DNA of 64,000 nucleotides from Octopus sinensis (Eukaryota): NCBI RefSeq assembly GCF_006345805.1, contig NC_043005.1, positions 72,974,001 to 73,038,000 of the forward strand, read 5' to 3'. Shown piece by piece: positions 1 to 11,650 of this stretch (position 1 is its first letter; each line of letters starts with the position of its first letter). The notes under the pieces were generated by a model. It saw only the letters and a program-made list of their open reading frames with translations, ran no database searches and was not told where the DNA came from. The position numbers and the translations under genes were made by a program.

Positions 1-569
1 CACTTCAACAATGTCTGAAGTGTTTAAAACCTGTAACAAGCAGAGGTCGAGTTGGTAAGAATATTCTTTGCTGATCTGTCTTTTTGTCCTGCTTGTCCCA
101 TTGCCCTTATTGCGTAGAATAATATACTTCATGTTGTTGTGTAGACATAGATCTGCCATAATCTGGCAGATTTATAATAAAAGGTGTTCCTAGTGTCTGT
201 TCTCTGTAATTGTATATCTCTCACACTACATCCACTAAACATTGACCTTATCCAAGTAGGAAACATATCATACTTCAAGAGGGTTGTAGTCTGCAACATA
301 AAAATAATGGAGGATTCTGCAAGATAATTAGTGAGTAACTGAAGTATCAATAAATCTCCATCAACACTATAAGTAATTATGAGTTGTTAGAAGATAAGTA
401 AATACAACAGTACTTACAAAGACATCATTGTAATCTTTGGTAAAGTATTAAAATTAGCAGAATATTTTAAAGGAGTAAAAGTACGTGTCACCAGTGTTTG
501 AGACTTCAACACACAACTTCCTCTTCTATTTGTGGGCACCCTACTCTTTACCTTTCTCCAATTCTTTTC

Positions 570-1330
570 CGCCTGGAGGTCCGAACCAAATCAAAACCCA
601 AGCAGTTTAACCAGTTCTCCCTCCAGCGCCCTACGGTGCTGCCGGTCGGCATGGACCCTCCCATATAGATGCCGAGTTTAGCCTTGTTAATCTTTGCTTT
701 TATTGCCGTTTCATATTTCCTGTGAAGACTACTTCCAAGTATTGGTGGTTGACCTTATCAGAAGCTTTTAATTAATCCAAATAGATCAGGATCCTTGTTG
801 ATAATTTAGAGTGTGTGCTAGAGGTTGCGATGCATAGGTCTGTTTGGGATAGCGCATATCTGTGCAACATCGACCACTGTATCAAGTACAAGCGCAAACT
901 TCTTGACTAACATCGTGGTCAAAACGTAACCGGCTTTTAGCAGAGTTACGGGCCTCAAATTATCTATCTGGTTGTTCTTGTTCGGCTCCTTTTTCAGAAG
1001 CACCGCCACTCCACGGCTCATAGCACTCGTAATTTTTCCGTTATGCTGCTAGTTACGGTGGACATGGGCCAAAAGATCGACCAGCAAACCTGGCATATAA
1101 TGATAAATCTCCCTGCACCTCCGGCTGAATTGTGGCTTCGTTACCATGTTGCGACTTCGCCATTCTAGCCCATCGAATGACTTTCATCCCCTCATATTTT
1201 AGTGCACACGCCCTAGCTGTTACAACACAGCTTTCGTTCTTAGCATTGAGCAATTGATCAAGAACCACTTTGCCACTTCTAAGTGCTTCTTATAGCTTTC
1301 TAACGAGGGTTCCCTCTATTCTACATTCCT
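570..1330 (-). mobile_element. Tx1/L1-like LINE reverse-transcriptase fragment
   Basis: GVAVLLKK...IDNLRPVTLL...QICAIPNR..HRNL matches RT subdomains 1-2 of Tx1/L1 elements; decayed. Confidence 0.7.
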
Positions 1331-1739
1331 CTAATAATACTGTATGTGTTTTATATACATGCAATTCATATGTTTTACTTTCCAGTTCGGGGCTGGTGTA
1401 TAGCGAATCCGTGTGGTAAATATGGTTTATGCATCGAGAGACCATGGACCTATCTCTGTATCTGTCAACCAGGGTTCCGTTTCGATGGGATGACATGCGT
1501 TGGTAAGTAAAGAAGAAACAGTACCACCGATGATATACACGCGATTATTTATAAATTGGTTTGAAACTATAATATTAATAATAATAATAATCTTTAAAAA
1601 ATAATAATAATAATAACAACTACAACAACAACAACAACAACAACAACAATGATAATAAAAATAACAACAACAACACAACAACAACAACAACAATGATAAT
1701 AAAAATAACAACAACAACAACAACAATATTAATAATAAA

Positions 1740-2482
1740 TGACCTACTTCAGAAACAAGGAAAACTGACACAAATAGCCGCATAACACGAGCAAAACAAA
1801 AAACTCTTCTCAGAATTTAAGGATCAAGACTTCATACTACCTAACAAATATGAAAAAGAAGAAGCAACGAAAGCTATAAAATAAATGAAATCCAAACTAA
1901 AACTAGAACAGCAACAGACCATAATAAAACGACGGCAAGAAAAGCCCCTTCATGGCAAATACTGGACTAAAGTAAATGGAAAATAAATAGACAAATCAAA
2001 ATCCCAGCAATAGTTGAGAAGCTCAGGATTCAAAGCAGAGACGGAGGGATTTTTAATTGCAGCAAATGACCAAAGCCTCCCCACCAGAAATTACCAAAAA
2101 CATATAATGAAAAGAAACAAAACAAGTAACTGCAGTATATGTAGAGATGGACAAGAAACAATAAATCATATTATCTCTGGCTGCCCAGTCCTAGCTAAGA
2201 AGGATTATATTCACAGACACGACAGTGTTGGGACCTACATACAATGGAAGTTATGCCAGTACTATGAAATAACAACAGAAAAAAGATGGTATAGGCACAC
2301 ACCAGAAAAGGTCACAGAAAACGAAAAAGCAACCATACTCTGGGATATGCCGATACACACAGATAGAGAAATTAAGGGAACAGACCAGTAGCCATCAGAG
2401 CATCACAACAAATCACATGCCCAAGGCACACAGAGTTGCGCTCGGTAGTGAAGAGAAAGCACGCTATAAAAATAAAACTACA

Positions 2483-2483
<1 letters not shown>
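1740..2483 (+). mobile_element. R4/Dong-like RLE non-LTR retrotransposon 3' fragment in (AAT)n
   Basis: LRSSGFKAETEGFLIAANDQSLPTRNY, CCHC knuckle CSICRDGQETINHIISGC, RHD motif, ILWDMPIHTD; flanked by AAT repeats. Confidence 0.85.
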
Positions 2484-2557
<74 letters not shown>

Positions 2558-2562
2558 TATTG

Positions 2563-3066
2563 TTTGGAAGTGTTATCATGTACATTGTTTTGTCTTGGTA
2601 TAAAAGATGGGCTACAGCAAATATTCTGCTCAATACCACAGATTTGCTTGTCAGTTGTTTGACCTTAACCAGTTGAGCATGTCCCTTAGTGGCTGACGAT
2701 ATGTGCATCTCTGATCACGAGCAGAAGTAGTGGGGGAGCATCATAGCCATGTGTTGAGAAGGATTCTTTGGGGTTTGAATAATTCACCTCTGGAAACATG
2801 GGTGTTTCGTTCGACATCCTTAAACAACCCTTATTCAGGGACCTTTTGAGCGGGATGGGTTACTCGATCTGAAGAAAATTCTAACTGGGCCCCACCTGCA
2901 AGGTCATGTGCTGTTTATCTTGATATGAGATCACCATGTCGCGCACATATGGTTGTGATGCATGTGCCTGGTGTACCCTTATCAGACGGGTAGTCATGAT
3001 GGGTATACTGGGCTTAGTATATTTTACCCCAGTGTCACTTTGATGGCATGAACTGCTCGCTCACTC

Positions 3067-3132
<66 letters not shown>

Positions 3133-3897
3133 GCCCTGATGCAGTACCAATGCCCTGATGCAGTACCAATGCCGTGATGCAGTATAAATGCCCTGATGCA
3201 GTACCAATGCCCTGATGCAGTACCAATGCCCTGATGCAGTATAAATGCCCTGATGCAGTACCAATGCCCTGATGCAGTATAAATGCCCTGATGCAGTACC
3301 AATGCCCTGATGCAGAATAAATGCCCTGATGCAGTATAAATGCCCTGATGCAGTACCAGGCAGTGGCTCTCATGGCTTCTGATCTTAACTGATTGGAAGT
3401 GTTATCATGTACATTGTTTTGTCTTGGTATAAAAGATGGGCTACAGCAAATATTCTGCTCAATACCACAGATTTGCTTGTCAGTTGTTTGACCGTAACCA
3501 GTTGAGCATGTCCCTTAGTGGCTGACGATATGTGCATCTCTGATCACGATCAGAAGTAGTGGGGGAGCATCATAGCCATGTGTTGAGAAGGATTCTTTGG
3601 GGTTTGAATAATTCACCTCTGGAAACATGGGTGTTTTGTTCAACGTCCTTAAACAACCCTTATTCAGGGACCATTTGAGCGGGATGGGTTACTCGATCTG
3701 AAGAAAATTCTAACTGGGCTCCACCTGCCAGGTCATGTGCTGTTTATCCTGATATGAGATCACCATGTCGCGCACATATGGTTGTGATGCATGTGCCTGG
3801 TGTACCCTTATCAGACGGGTAGTCATGATGGGTATACTGGGCTTCGTATATTTTACCCCAGTGTCACTTTGATGGCATGCTCTGCTCGCTCACTCAA
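2563..3897. mobile_element. Two tandem copies of a ~550-bp non-coding (AAT)n-embedded repeat family
   Basis: Shared sequence ttggaagtgttatcatgtac...ctcgctcactc; further copies at 4241-4620, 19994-20530, 20581-21106 and 58796-58982, nearly always bounded by AAT tracts. Confidence 0.8.
3128..3358. repeat. 19-bp minisatellite (atgccctgatgcagtacca/ataa), ~12 copies
   Basis: Directly visible tandem units with no spacers. Confidence 0.95.
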
Positions 3898-3974
3898 TAA
3901 TAATAATAATAATAATAATAATAATCAGAAGAAGGAGAACAAGAACAAGAACAAGAGCAAGAAGAATTATTTCT

Positions 3975-4180
3975 AGTGGAAGCACAAGGCCTCAAATTTG
4001 AGAGAAGGGATTAAGTCGATTACATAGACCTCAGTAGGCAACTGGTACTTAATTTATCGATCCCGAAAGGATGAATGGCAAAATCGACCTCGGCGGAATT
4101 TGAATACAAAACGTAGCGGCAGACGATAAACCGATAAGCATTTCGTCCAAAGTGCTAACGATTCTTCCATCTCCCCGCCT
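3975..4180 (-). mobile_element. tRNA-derived SINE family A (diverged)
   Basis: Reverse complement of the family A body. Confidence 0.7.
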
Positions 4181-5055
4181 TTACATAATAATAATAATAA
4201 TAATAATAAATAATAATAATAATAATAATAATAATGATAATAAATGCCCTGATGCAGTACCAGTCAGTGGCTCTTATGGCTTCTGATCTTAACTGATTGG
4301 AAGTGTTATCATGTACATTGTTTTGTCTTGGTATATAAGATGGGCTACAGCAAATATTCTGCTCAATACCACAGATTTGCTTGTCAGTTGGTTGACCTTA
4401 ACCAGTTGAGCATGCCCCTTGGTGGGCGACACTACGTACTTTTCTGATCACGATCAGAAGTAGTGGGGGAGCATCATAGCCATGTGTTGAGAGGAATTCT
4501 TTGGGTTTAGAATAATTCACCTCTGGAAACATGGGTGTTTCGTTCAACATCCTTAAAAAACCCTTATTCAGAGACATTTTGAGCAGGGTCATGCGTTGTT
4601 TATCTTCATATAAAATCACGATTTTTGCCGCAGTCACTATCTGTGTGACAAATTCACAGTGAAACCCTTTAAGGGTTTGTCAAATGGGGAAGATTTCTTT
4701 CCTAAATCCTTTCAGTTTCGACTCTTTTTATCAATGCCACCGGCAACAATAACTGCAAATCAAATATTTGGGCAATTACGAAGACAAAAGTTACTTAGAA
4801 TTTTCATATACGCGTATGAACACTGACAACAGGAACAACAATGCACAAGCTCAGAGCTATGAGTGCGTTACAACTGATAGCAGAAACAACTGTGAGCCAA
4901 TAAGGTGAATTACATAATTTATTATTCCCTTGTCCCCTACAAATACACAAACACACAAACACATATAATAGAGATTACTTCGTTAACAGACTGAGTGAGA
5001 GAGAGAGAGAGAGAAAGAGAGAGAGACAAACACGATGTTTTTGGTTAAATTATCA

Positions 5056-5061
5056 TTTATT
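5056..5061 (-). terminator. Candidate polyadenylation signal of gene A
   Basis: AATAAA on minus strand ~500 nt after the stop, followed by GT-rich cgtgtttgtc. Confidence 0.45.
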
Positions 5062-5553
5062 TAACTAATTGAATAAAATTATTGGTTTAATAAAATCTTA
5101 AAATATATGCAACAATGATTTGGTATATAAGTGACATATTGGGACCACGGGATTGTCATCGCGTGATTTTGTGCGATGATCACCTGATGTGGTGATCACG
5201 TAATAGAGAGATGACCTAAGTCATATGGAAGTCATCCAGAAGGGAGATGACTTGCTCTGGAGGTAACCTCACAGAGATGTCCTACTGTGAATGGTTTACA
5301 ATTGGCCGGTGATTGCGTTCTCCGTGTTCTGTGTAAGTCGGTGTTATTTGTTTTATTACCAGATAGAGAGAATATAGACTATGTGCATCTAGGAGTACAT
5401 TATATAATGTATAATATAATAGTTAATAATAGTTGTTTTTCATGTCAGCTTCGATTGAGGAGAATCGTAGGAAAAATCAAGAATATATATACATCCATTT
5501 ACGACCATCTCGTCTATTTTGAGAATTCACTCTCAGATGGTTCAAAAGTTTAG

Positions 5554-5753
5554 TTAAAGAATTTGATATTTTGGTATGGCAGTTGGATTACCGGGTATAG
5601 CAATGTTCAGATTCCTTTGAGGTATCGAAAGGTAACACATGTTCCGTCTTGCTACAAACCCGAAGGGGCAAGCACAGTAGTGGAAGCCGGGTCTGTTAAC
5701 ACATCTGTAAGGGAAAGGGCATCCACCATTGTTTTTCTTACATTCGTTGATGT
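5554..5753 (-). CDS. Terminal exon of gene A: calcium-binding EGF-like domain + short tail
   Basis: Acceptor ctccccttatcttcAG-type, phase 1. DINECKKNNGGCPFPYRCVNRPGFHYCACPFGFVARRNMC has 6 Cys in cbEGF spacing with D-I-N-E and C-x-N motifs; TAA stop. Confidence 0.88.
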
Positions 5754-6304
5754 CTGAAGATAAGGGAGAAAACAAACCAGCATAAGAAAAATAATAACAC
5801 AAAATTAGGGAACAATATACATGGATGTGAGAAGAGCCGACATCTAAATTTATGAGGTGCCTAAGCAGCCGGGTAGTCATATACTTACATTTATTGTGTT
5901 AAGATGAAAAACCCTCACCCTTGTATTCAAGGTAGGCCCCTGTGCTGATTCCTTGAATATGATTCGATCCCTTTTTATAGTCTACACGTCCTACTAAGGT
6001 ACCGGAAGGTCTGCACTTTTCTTGTAGTCCTCACTTGATCTTATATTGTGCAGTGGTTTCTTCCAATATCCATATATACCTTACGAAAGGTGGAGTGTCA
6101 TATCACTGTCAGATGTTAAATGGGGACCTGAATAACTGTTAGTAAATATGCTCAAACCTAGCAACTCTCATGTTGAGGTACCGTCACATGCTATCAAAAT
6201 AGTCAATGTGATAGAGAAAATAAAAATATGCGGGTGTAAATGAAGACCCCCCCCGAGACCTGATTAAACAACCACAAGTGAAAAGGAAACGGTAATAAGC
6301 CTTA

Positions 6305-6535
6305 AGGCGGCGAGCTGGCAGAAACGTTAGCACGCCGGGCGAAAGCGTGGCCGTATTTCGTCTGCTGCTACGTTCTGAGTTCAAATTCCGCCGAGGTCGA
6401 CTTTGCCTTTCATCCTTTTGGGGTCGATAAATTAAGTACCAGTTACGCACTGGGGTCGATGTAATCGACTTAATACTTATGTCTGTCCTTGTTTGCCCCC
6501 TCTGTGTTTAGCCCCTTGTGGGTAATAAAGAAATA
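6305..6535 (+). mobile_element. tRNA-derived SINE family A (Meta-SINE-like central domain)
   Basis: ggcggcgagctggcag head, B-box-like gagttcaaattcc, gtcgactttgcctttcatcc...taccag domain; TSD ggtaataagcctt. Confidence 0.85.
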
Positions 6536-6646
6536 GGTAATAAGCCTTCTGGTAATGTAGAGCTGGACAGTGTTGAGATTGCTCTAGTACGGACAGATAA
6601 ATCAATGTGTGTTGGGTTAAATATTAAACTGAAATGATGAACCTAG

Positions 6647-6763
6647 CAACACAGTAACGATTCCTAAATATTTTAAAATCCTTTCAACAGCAGCAATAAT
6701 AGGATCCCGGAGTATTGATACGTATGTGGTACCATCTTCCTCTATATTTACCCTCGTTGATAT
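6647..6763 (-). pseudogene. Decayed cbEGF pseudo-exon in last intron of gene A
   Basis: After acceptor taacAG (phase 1) it reads DINEGKYRGRWYHIRINTPGSYYCCC*KDFKIFRNRYCV: EGF pattern with three Cys lost, an in-frame TGA, and G|CTAGGT at the expected donor position. Confidence 0.7.
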
Positions 6764-7599
6764 CTGTTACATAAATAAATGTCATTTAGACGCAAAATCT
6801 GCAAGAAACTGTAGCATATCCATCATGCCTGCTTGGATTGTCTCAGGGACACAACGGGCACTCAAAACGCATGCGCAAAACACAACAGCCCTTACAGATA
6901 ACGGAAGTGGTAAAAGGAATATAAGGGGTCCGACAGACAGGATCAGCCTCTTTTCCATTTGGGCAGTCAGCTTGTGAACTGCCCACAGCTAGGACTGCTA
7001 GCTTTCTTCCTCTGTATCAGCGCTCTATACGTGGTATCGCGATGCCTGCCTCACAGTGCGTAACATTTGTTAACGAATTCACACACACACACACACAGTG
7101 TTTCTAAGCATATCATGCCAGGATGCCGTAGCATTTTACAATGAATAAATCGCTGTCGCTAAATTGCCTGAGTTTATTGCTTCCTCTCCGCAAAACTGCT
7201 ATTTACCAACACTACACGCATGCCTGTCTTGATTCCCTGAAATTCCACCATTGCAGTCACAAATACACATCTAAACTATATTTTAAAAAACACTGTATGT
7301 TTTCATGTACAGCATGTTCACACTGTTATACGACACCGCATGCAGTTAAACAAGCAAACAATACGGACAACTCATCGCCATCACGTTTTTATCTCTCTCT
7401 CTCTCTCTCTCAACTCCCAAACAATCGTTCTTAACACTCTCTTCAAAAATATCCATGGCTACATTGCCTCTTTACAGAGAGAAACAAATCTATCTTTTTA
7501 AAAAAATCTACTGTTTGCTGTGCTAAACTATTCGAATGCTTCAATTACCTCTTCGTTATTTAGAAGTGTTTTATTCTTTATGGATTTATTGTTTTATTG

Positions 7600-8197
7600 T
7601 TTATGGTTCCTTTCCTCGTTTTCTGGATTGTGCCTATACCATCTTTTTTCTGTTGTTATTCCATAGTGTTGGCATAGCTTCCAGTATATGTAGGTCCCAG
7701 CTCTGTCGTGTCTGTGAATATATTCCTTCTTAGCCAGGACTGGGCAGCCAGAGATAATATGATTTATTGTTTCTTGTCCATCTCCATATATTCTGCAGTT
7801 ACTTGTTATGTTTCTTTTCCTTATATGCTTTTGATAATTACTGGTGGGGAGGCTTTGGTCAGGTGCTGCAATTAAAAATCCCTCCGTCTCTACTTTGAGT
7901 CCTGAGCTTCTCAACCATTGCTGGGATTTTGCTTTGTCTATTTCTTTTGCATTTAGTTTGGTCCAGTATTTGCCATGAAGGGGCTTTTCTTGCCATCGTT
8001 TTATCATGGTCTATTGCTGTCCGAGTTTTAGTTTGTATTTCATTATTTGATTGCTTTTGTTGTTTATTCTTCTTTTTCATATTTGTTAGGTAGTATGAAG
8101 TCTTGATCCTTAAATTCTGAGAAGAGTTTTTTGTTTTGCTCGTGTTATGCGGCTATTTGTGTCAGTTTTCCTTGTTTCTGAAGTATTTCATAATTAC

Positions 8198-8257
<60 letters not shown>

Positions 8258-8860
8258 CATAATAATAATCATAATAATAATTATTATTATTATTATTATT
8301 ATTATCATTATTATTATAGTTTCAAACCAATTTATAAATAATCGCGTGTATATCGTTGGTAGTGCTGTTTCTTCTTTACTTACCAACGCATGTCTTCTCA
8401 TTGAAACGGAACCCTGGTTGACAGATACAGTGATAGGTCCCTGGTATCTCGATGCATAAACCATATCTACCACACGGATTCGTTATACACCAGCCCCGAA
8501 CTGGAAAGTAAAACATATGAATTGCATGTATATAAACCAGATACAGTATTATTAGAGAGATGTAGAATAGAGGGAACCCTCGTTAGAAAGCTATAAAAAG
8601 CACTTAGAAGTGGCAAAGTGGTTCTTGATCAATTGCTCCATGCCAAGAACGAAGGTTGTGTTGTAACAGCTAGGGCGGGTGCACTAAAATATGAGGGAAT
8701 GAATGTCATTCGATGGGCCAGAATGACGAAGTCGCAACATGGTAACGAAGCCACAATTCAGCCGGAGATGCAGAGTTCTGCCGATAGCAGTCGAAGACGT
8801 ACGGAGCGCAATGACTGGCTGCACAAGAGAGAATTCTCCGGGGCTGGATGGTCTGGCATT
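7600..8860. repeat. Inverted duplicate of the composite 1112-2335 (Dong fragment on minus, AAT tract, Tx1 fragment on plus)
   Basis: Near-identical translations (7594-8007 vs 2014-2391; 8618 ORF vs 1053 ORF). This copy retains the Tx1 SPGLDGL motif at ~8835-8856. Confidence 0.85.
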
Positions 8861-9153
8861 TGAAACGAAACTCTGCCTCATCCGCCATACTCACCAAACC
8901 TCACGCCTACCGACTACCACTTTTTCAAGCATCTCGACAACCTCCTGCGTGAGAAATGCTTCAAAAACCAAGACGATGCCATTCACGCCTTCAACGACTT
9001 CATCGCCACCAGAACACAGGATTTTTACGCTAATTGCATAAAAAAATACTTGTTTGGCGTTGGCAAAAGTATGTTGATTCAAATTTATTTCGATTAATAG
9101 AGTTTTGTTTGAGCTGAGATATGTGCATCTGAATTTAAAGTTTAAAAACCGCA
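8860..9153 (+). mobile_element. Mariner transposase 3' fragment
   Basis: LPHPPYSPNLTPTDYHFFKHLDNLL...WRWQKYVDS (YSPDL-type motif), followed by TIR-like aaaaaccgcaa. Confidence 0.85.
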
Positions 9154-9322
9154 AGAAGCATAACTAAAAGCAATGCTGTTGCTTATATTTGTGATATAAA
9201 ATAAAAAGAAGAAATTAATTACGCTCATGTTCATGTATTAGAGTATAAAATATAAGATACTAAGAAACCTCTAAGTCTTGCTTTAACACAGAATCGGAAC
9301 AGTATTGAACACATGTCCTTAC

Positions 9323-9363
9323 CATTGCGCTTTCCAATTTTGAGATGGGTTGAACAATCCGTC
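9323..9363 (-). CDS. Exon 3 of gene A (TDCSTHLKIGKRN)
   Basis: Strong acceptor tgtttttcttcacAG and donor AATG|GTAAGG. 41 nt, phase 2 in and phase 1 out, matching the EGF exon. Confidence 0.65.
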
Positions 9364-9589
9364 CTGTGAAGAAAAACAATGTTAGAATATCAGAATGTAT
9401 AACGAGAACATAGTGCGCTGTGGGAAATCTTCGTTCTACTCTTCAATCGCTATTTGAACGAGGGTAGCATACTGTCACTGCGGAAAGAATGGAATATCAT
9501 CCTGCTTCTTAGGACGGGTGATAAAGAAGATTTTTAATTACTATAGCAACCTAAGCCTTTTTTCCCTCATCTTTACGAGCTTCTTACAA

Positions 9590-9850
9590 TGTCATCAGAC
9601 TATCAAAACACCTCGATGGCCAACAGAGTTGTGAAAGGACAAATCCAGTTGGGACGGACAGGTCGAAGGGTTAACAGGCAACATGTGGATCCGTGCAGTT
9701 TTTGAGTGGAATCCAAGAAATTGGAAAAAAGGTCACTTGGACGGTCATCACGACGATGGGAAGATAATTTGGCCAAGTAATTCGGGCCAAGATGGAAAAA
9801 AATGGCAGAAGCAAGAGCAAATTAGAAGCGCATCGTGCCTAGTGGTGTAT
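9590..9850 (+). mobile_element. Degenerate RTE LINE 3' fragment
   Basis: WIRAVFEWNPRNWKK resembles the RTE C-terminus. Confidence 0.5.
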
Positions 9851-10014
9851 CTTGTATTAGGGGAAAGTAAAACATCTACGAAGGTCTAACGAACAACACA
9901 CAAGTCTAATACAGAAACTAAAGATTTTCATTTGTGACTATTATCAGAGAGGAATTGGTTTAAGTAAAATCAAGAACAACATGAAATATTTAAATGCTTG
10001 GTCGATTCAGGCAC

Positions 10015-10089
10015 CTTGAGTCCCTTCTGCTGCAATCCTTAAAACCAGGCCCCCTTCTCTCCCCTTCTTTTATTCCAATCTCAGACGCC
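10015..10089 (-). CDS. Exon 2 of gene A (R-ASEIGIKEGERRGPGFKDCSRRDS-R)
   Basis: Acceptor actttctacAG, phase 2 in and out, open frame. Donor AAG|GTGCCT is weak. Confidence 0.5.
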
Positions 10090-10255
10090 CTGTAGAAAGT
10101 TATGTGCTTCGCCCACTCCATCTTGTCTGAAATATTTAAAAGAGACCCAAGCACTAAACTCGCTTGAAATGTTTAATAAGAGATTAGACAACGCAAGAGG
10201 TACCCAGGGTTAAGTTGGAATCGGGTAGAGTAAAACAATAATACACGAAATTTAC

Positions 10256-10461
10256 CTCAGCGCAGCCTTTCCTCCTTCTGTAGTTGAGGGACTGTCAGTT
10301 ACGGCCTTATCTTCCCCATCTGACGCTGTTACGTTCTCGAACGGTTTTGCAATCACAGTCACTTCTTCATTATTCACTGACGGTCGTTCAGTCGTCTGCT
10401 TTCCTTCAATCACCAAAAGACCCACAACGAAAACAAATGAGAAAAGTACGAGGTTCTTCAT
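10256..10461 (-). CDS. Exon 1 of secreted EGF-domain precursor gene A (signal peptide + acidic Thr/Ser-rich spacer)
   Basis: gccATG start; MKNLVLFSFVFVVGLLVIEG is a hydrophobic signal-like segment followed by KQTTERPS...AAL; ends at donor AG|GTAAAT (phase 2). Confidence 0.75.
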
Positions 10462-10711
10462 GGCTATAATTTTTTTCTTTCCAGTGCCCCTCCTGCTTAC
10501 TGACACAAGAACGGCTTGTAGTATCAGAAGGAATAGATTTGAGTGACACAGAACACAGAATGGATGTCTAGTTCTTCCTGTTGGAGTTGTCTTGTCTTCT
10601 GGTGGTTCCTACAACACAAGGAAGCCTTCGTCAACAGCAGCGGGAGTTCCAGCAGCAGAATCGCGTTATACAGTCGGTCTGATTCTGTCACATTTCTACA
10701 AGACACTCACA

Positions 10712-10775
10712 TTTATAACAAATCTTCATCCTTCTCCCCTGCAATTTGATTGGCCTCAAACAAGTTTTGACGTCA
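10712..10775 (-). promoter_or_regulatory. Putative promoter of gene A: CRE + CCAAT + TATA
   Basis: Perfect TGACGTCA at 10768-10775, CCAAT (minus) at ~10749-10753 and TATAAA (minus) at 10712-10717, ordered correctly ~250 nt upstream of the ATG. Confidence 0.55.
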
Positions 10776-11650
10776 TCAAATCCGGAATGTTAAGACAAAA
10801 AAAAGCAACGTACACCGCCCGCCGTCTAAACTCCTTCACCAAAGCAACCAGACTGCCACGCTGGAAATCTTTTCTGTAAACAAACTCCAGAATAAAAAAA
10901 GGTGAAGGGAATTGTCACACACGTATGAGTATGTGTTTACGCACGCACACAGACACACACATATACGTACATAAATATATATATATATATATACACACAT
11001 ACAAACACAAACACACATATACACATATAGGCGCAGCCGTGACTGTGTGGTAAGTAGCTTACAATTACATGCCAAACTTGCAAAAGCAAGCAGGACATAA
11101 CCTAACATAGCAACCAATAGACTTGCGCAGTCAACCCTACCCCCTCCCTTCATTGTTTTGTGTAGAAATGCTGACACACCGAATTCCTTAAGGGAAGAAA
11201 TACTTGACTTTGTATTTTTGAGCGTTACATTGTCAAAGTAAGACGATTGAATCCGATGAGACTAAAATACATAAAATCCCGTCAGGCATTGTGCGTACAT
11301 AACAAAACAGAAACACCTGCAGGCTTGTTTACAAAGTCCGACACACACGAATAAATTCTAAATAATAATTTAACGTCAAATCTGATTAATGAGGACAAAG
11401 CTAATAACCACCTCATTCAAATCCACTCACCCCAAAAATGTTTTTAACTCAGCAAAAATACGTGAAGCCAAGATTAATTTTAATGCAAATCAGACCGATC
11501 ATGGCTTAGCTGGTCGAAACTTCAAAGTGACTGTCAACAATATTTTTGTATAAGAATATAAAATATGCATTCCTCAAAAGCATAGAATAATCAGCCGGGT
11601 TAATGTAAAGTTGCTTTTAATATTGAACATAAAAACACCAATATCAATAA

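Noticed and set aside
3128-3358. CRISPR-like regular repeat
   Set aside because: Contiguous 19-bp units without unique spacers; eukaryotic context; no cas genes.
10090-10129. Alternative acceptor at 10127 for gene A exon 2
   Set aside because: In phase 2 it gives RQDGVGEAHNFLQGV then a stop; the 10090 acceptor keeps the frame. A truncated isoform is not excluded.
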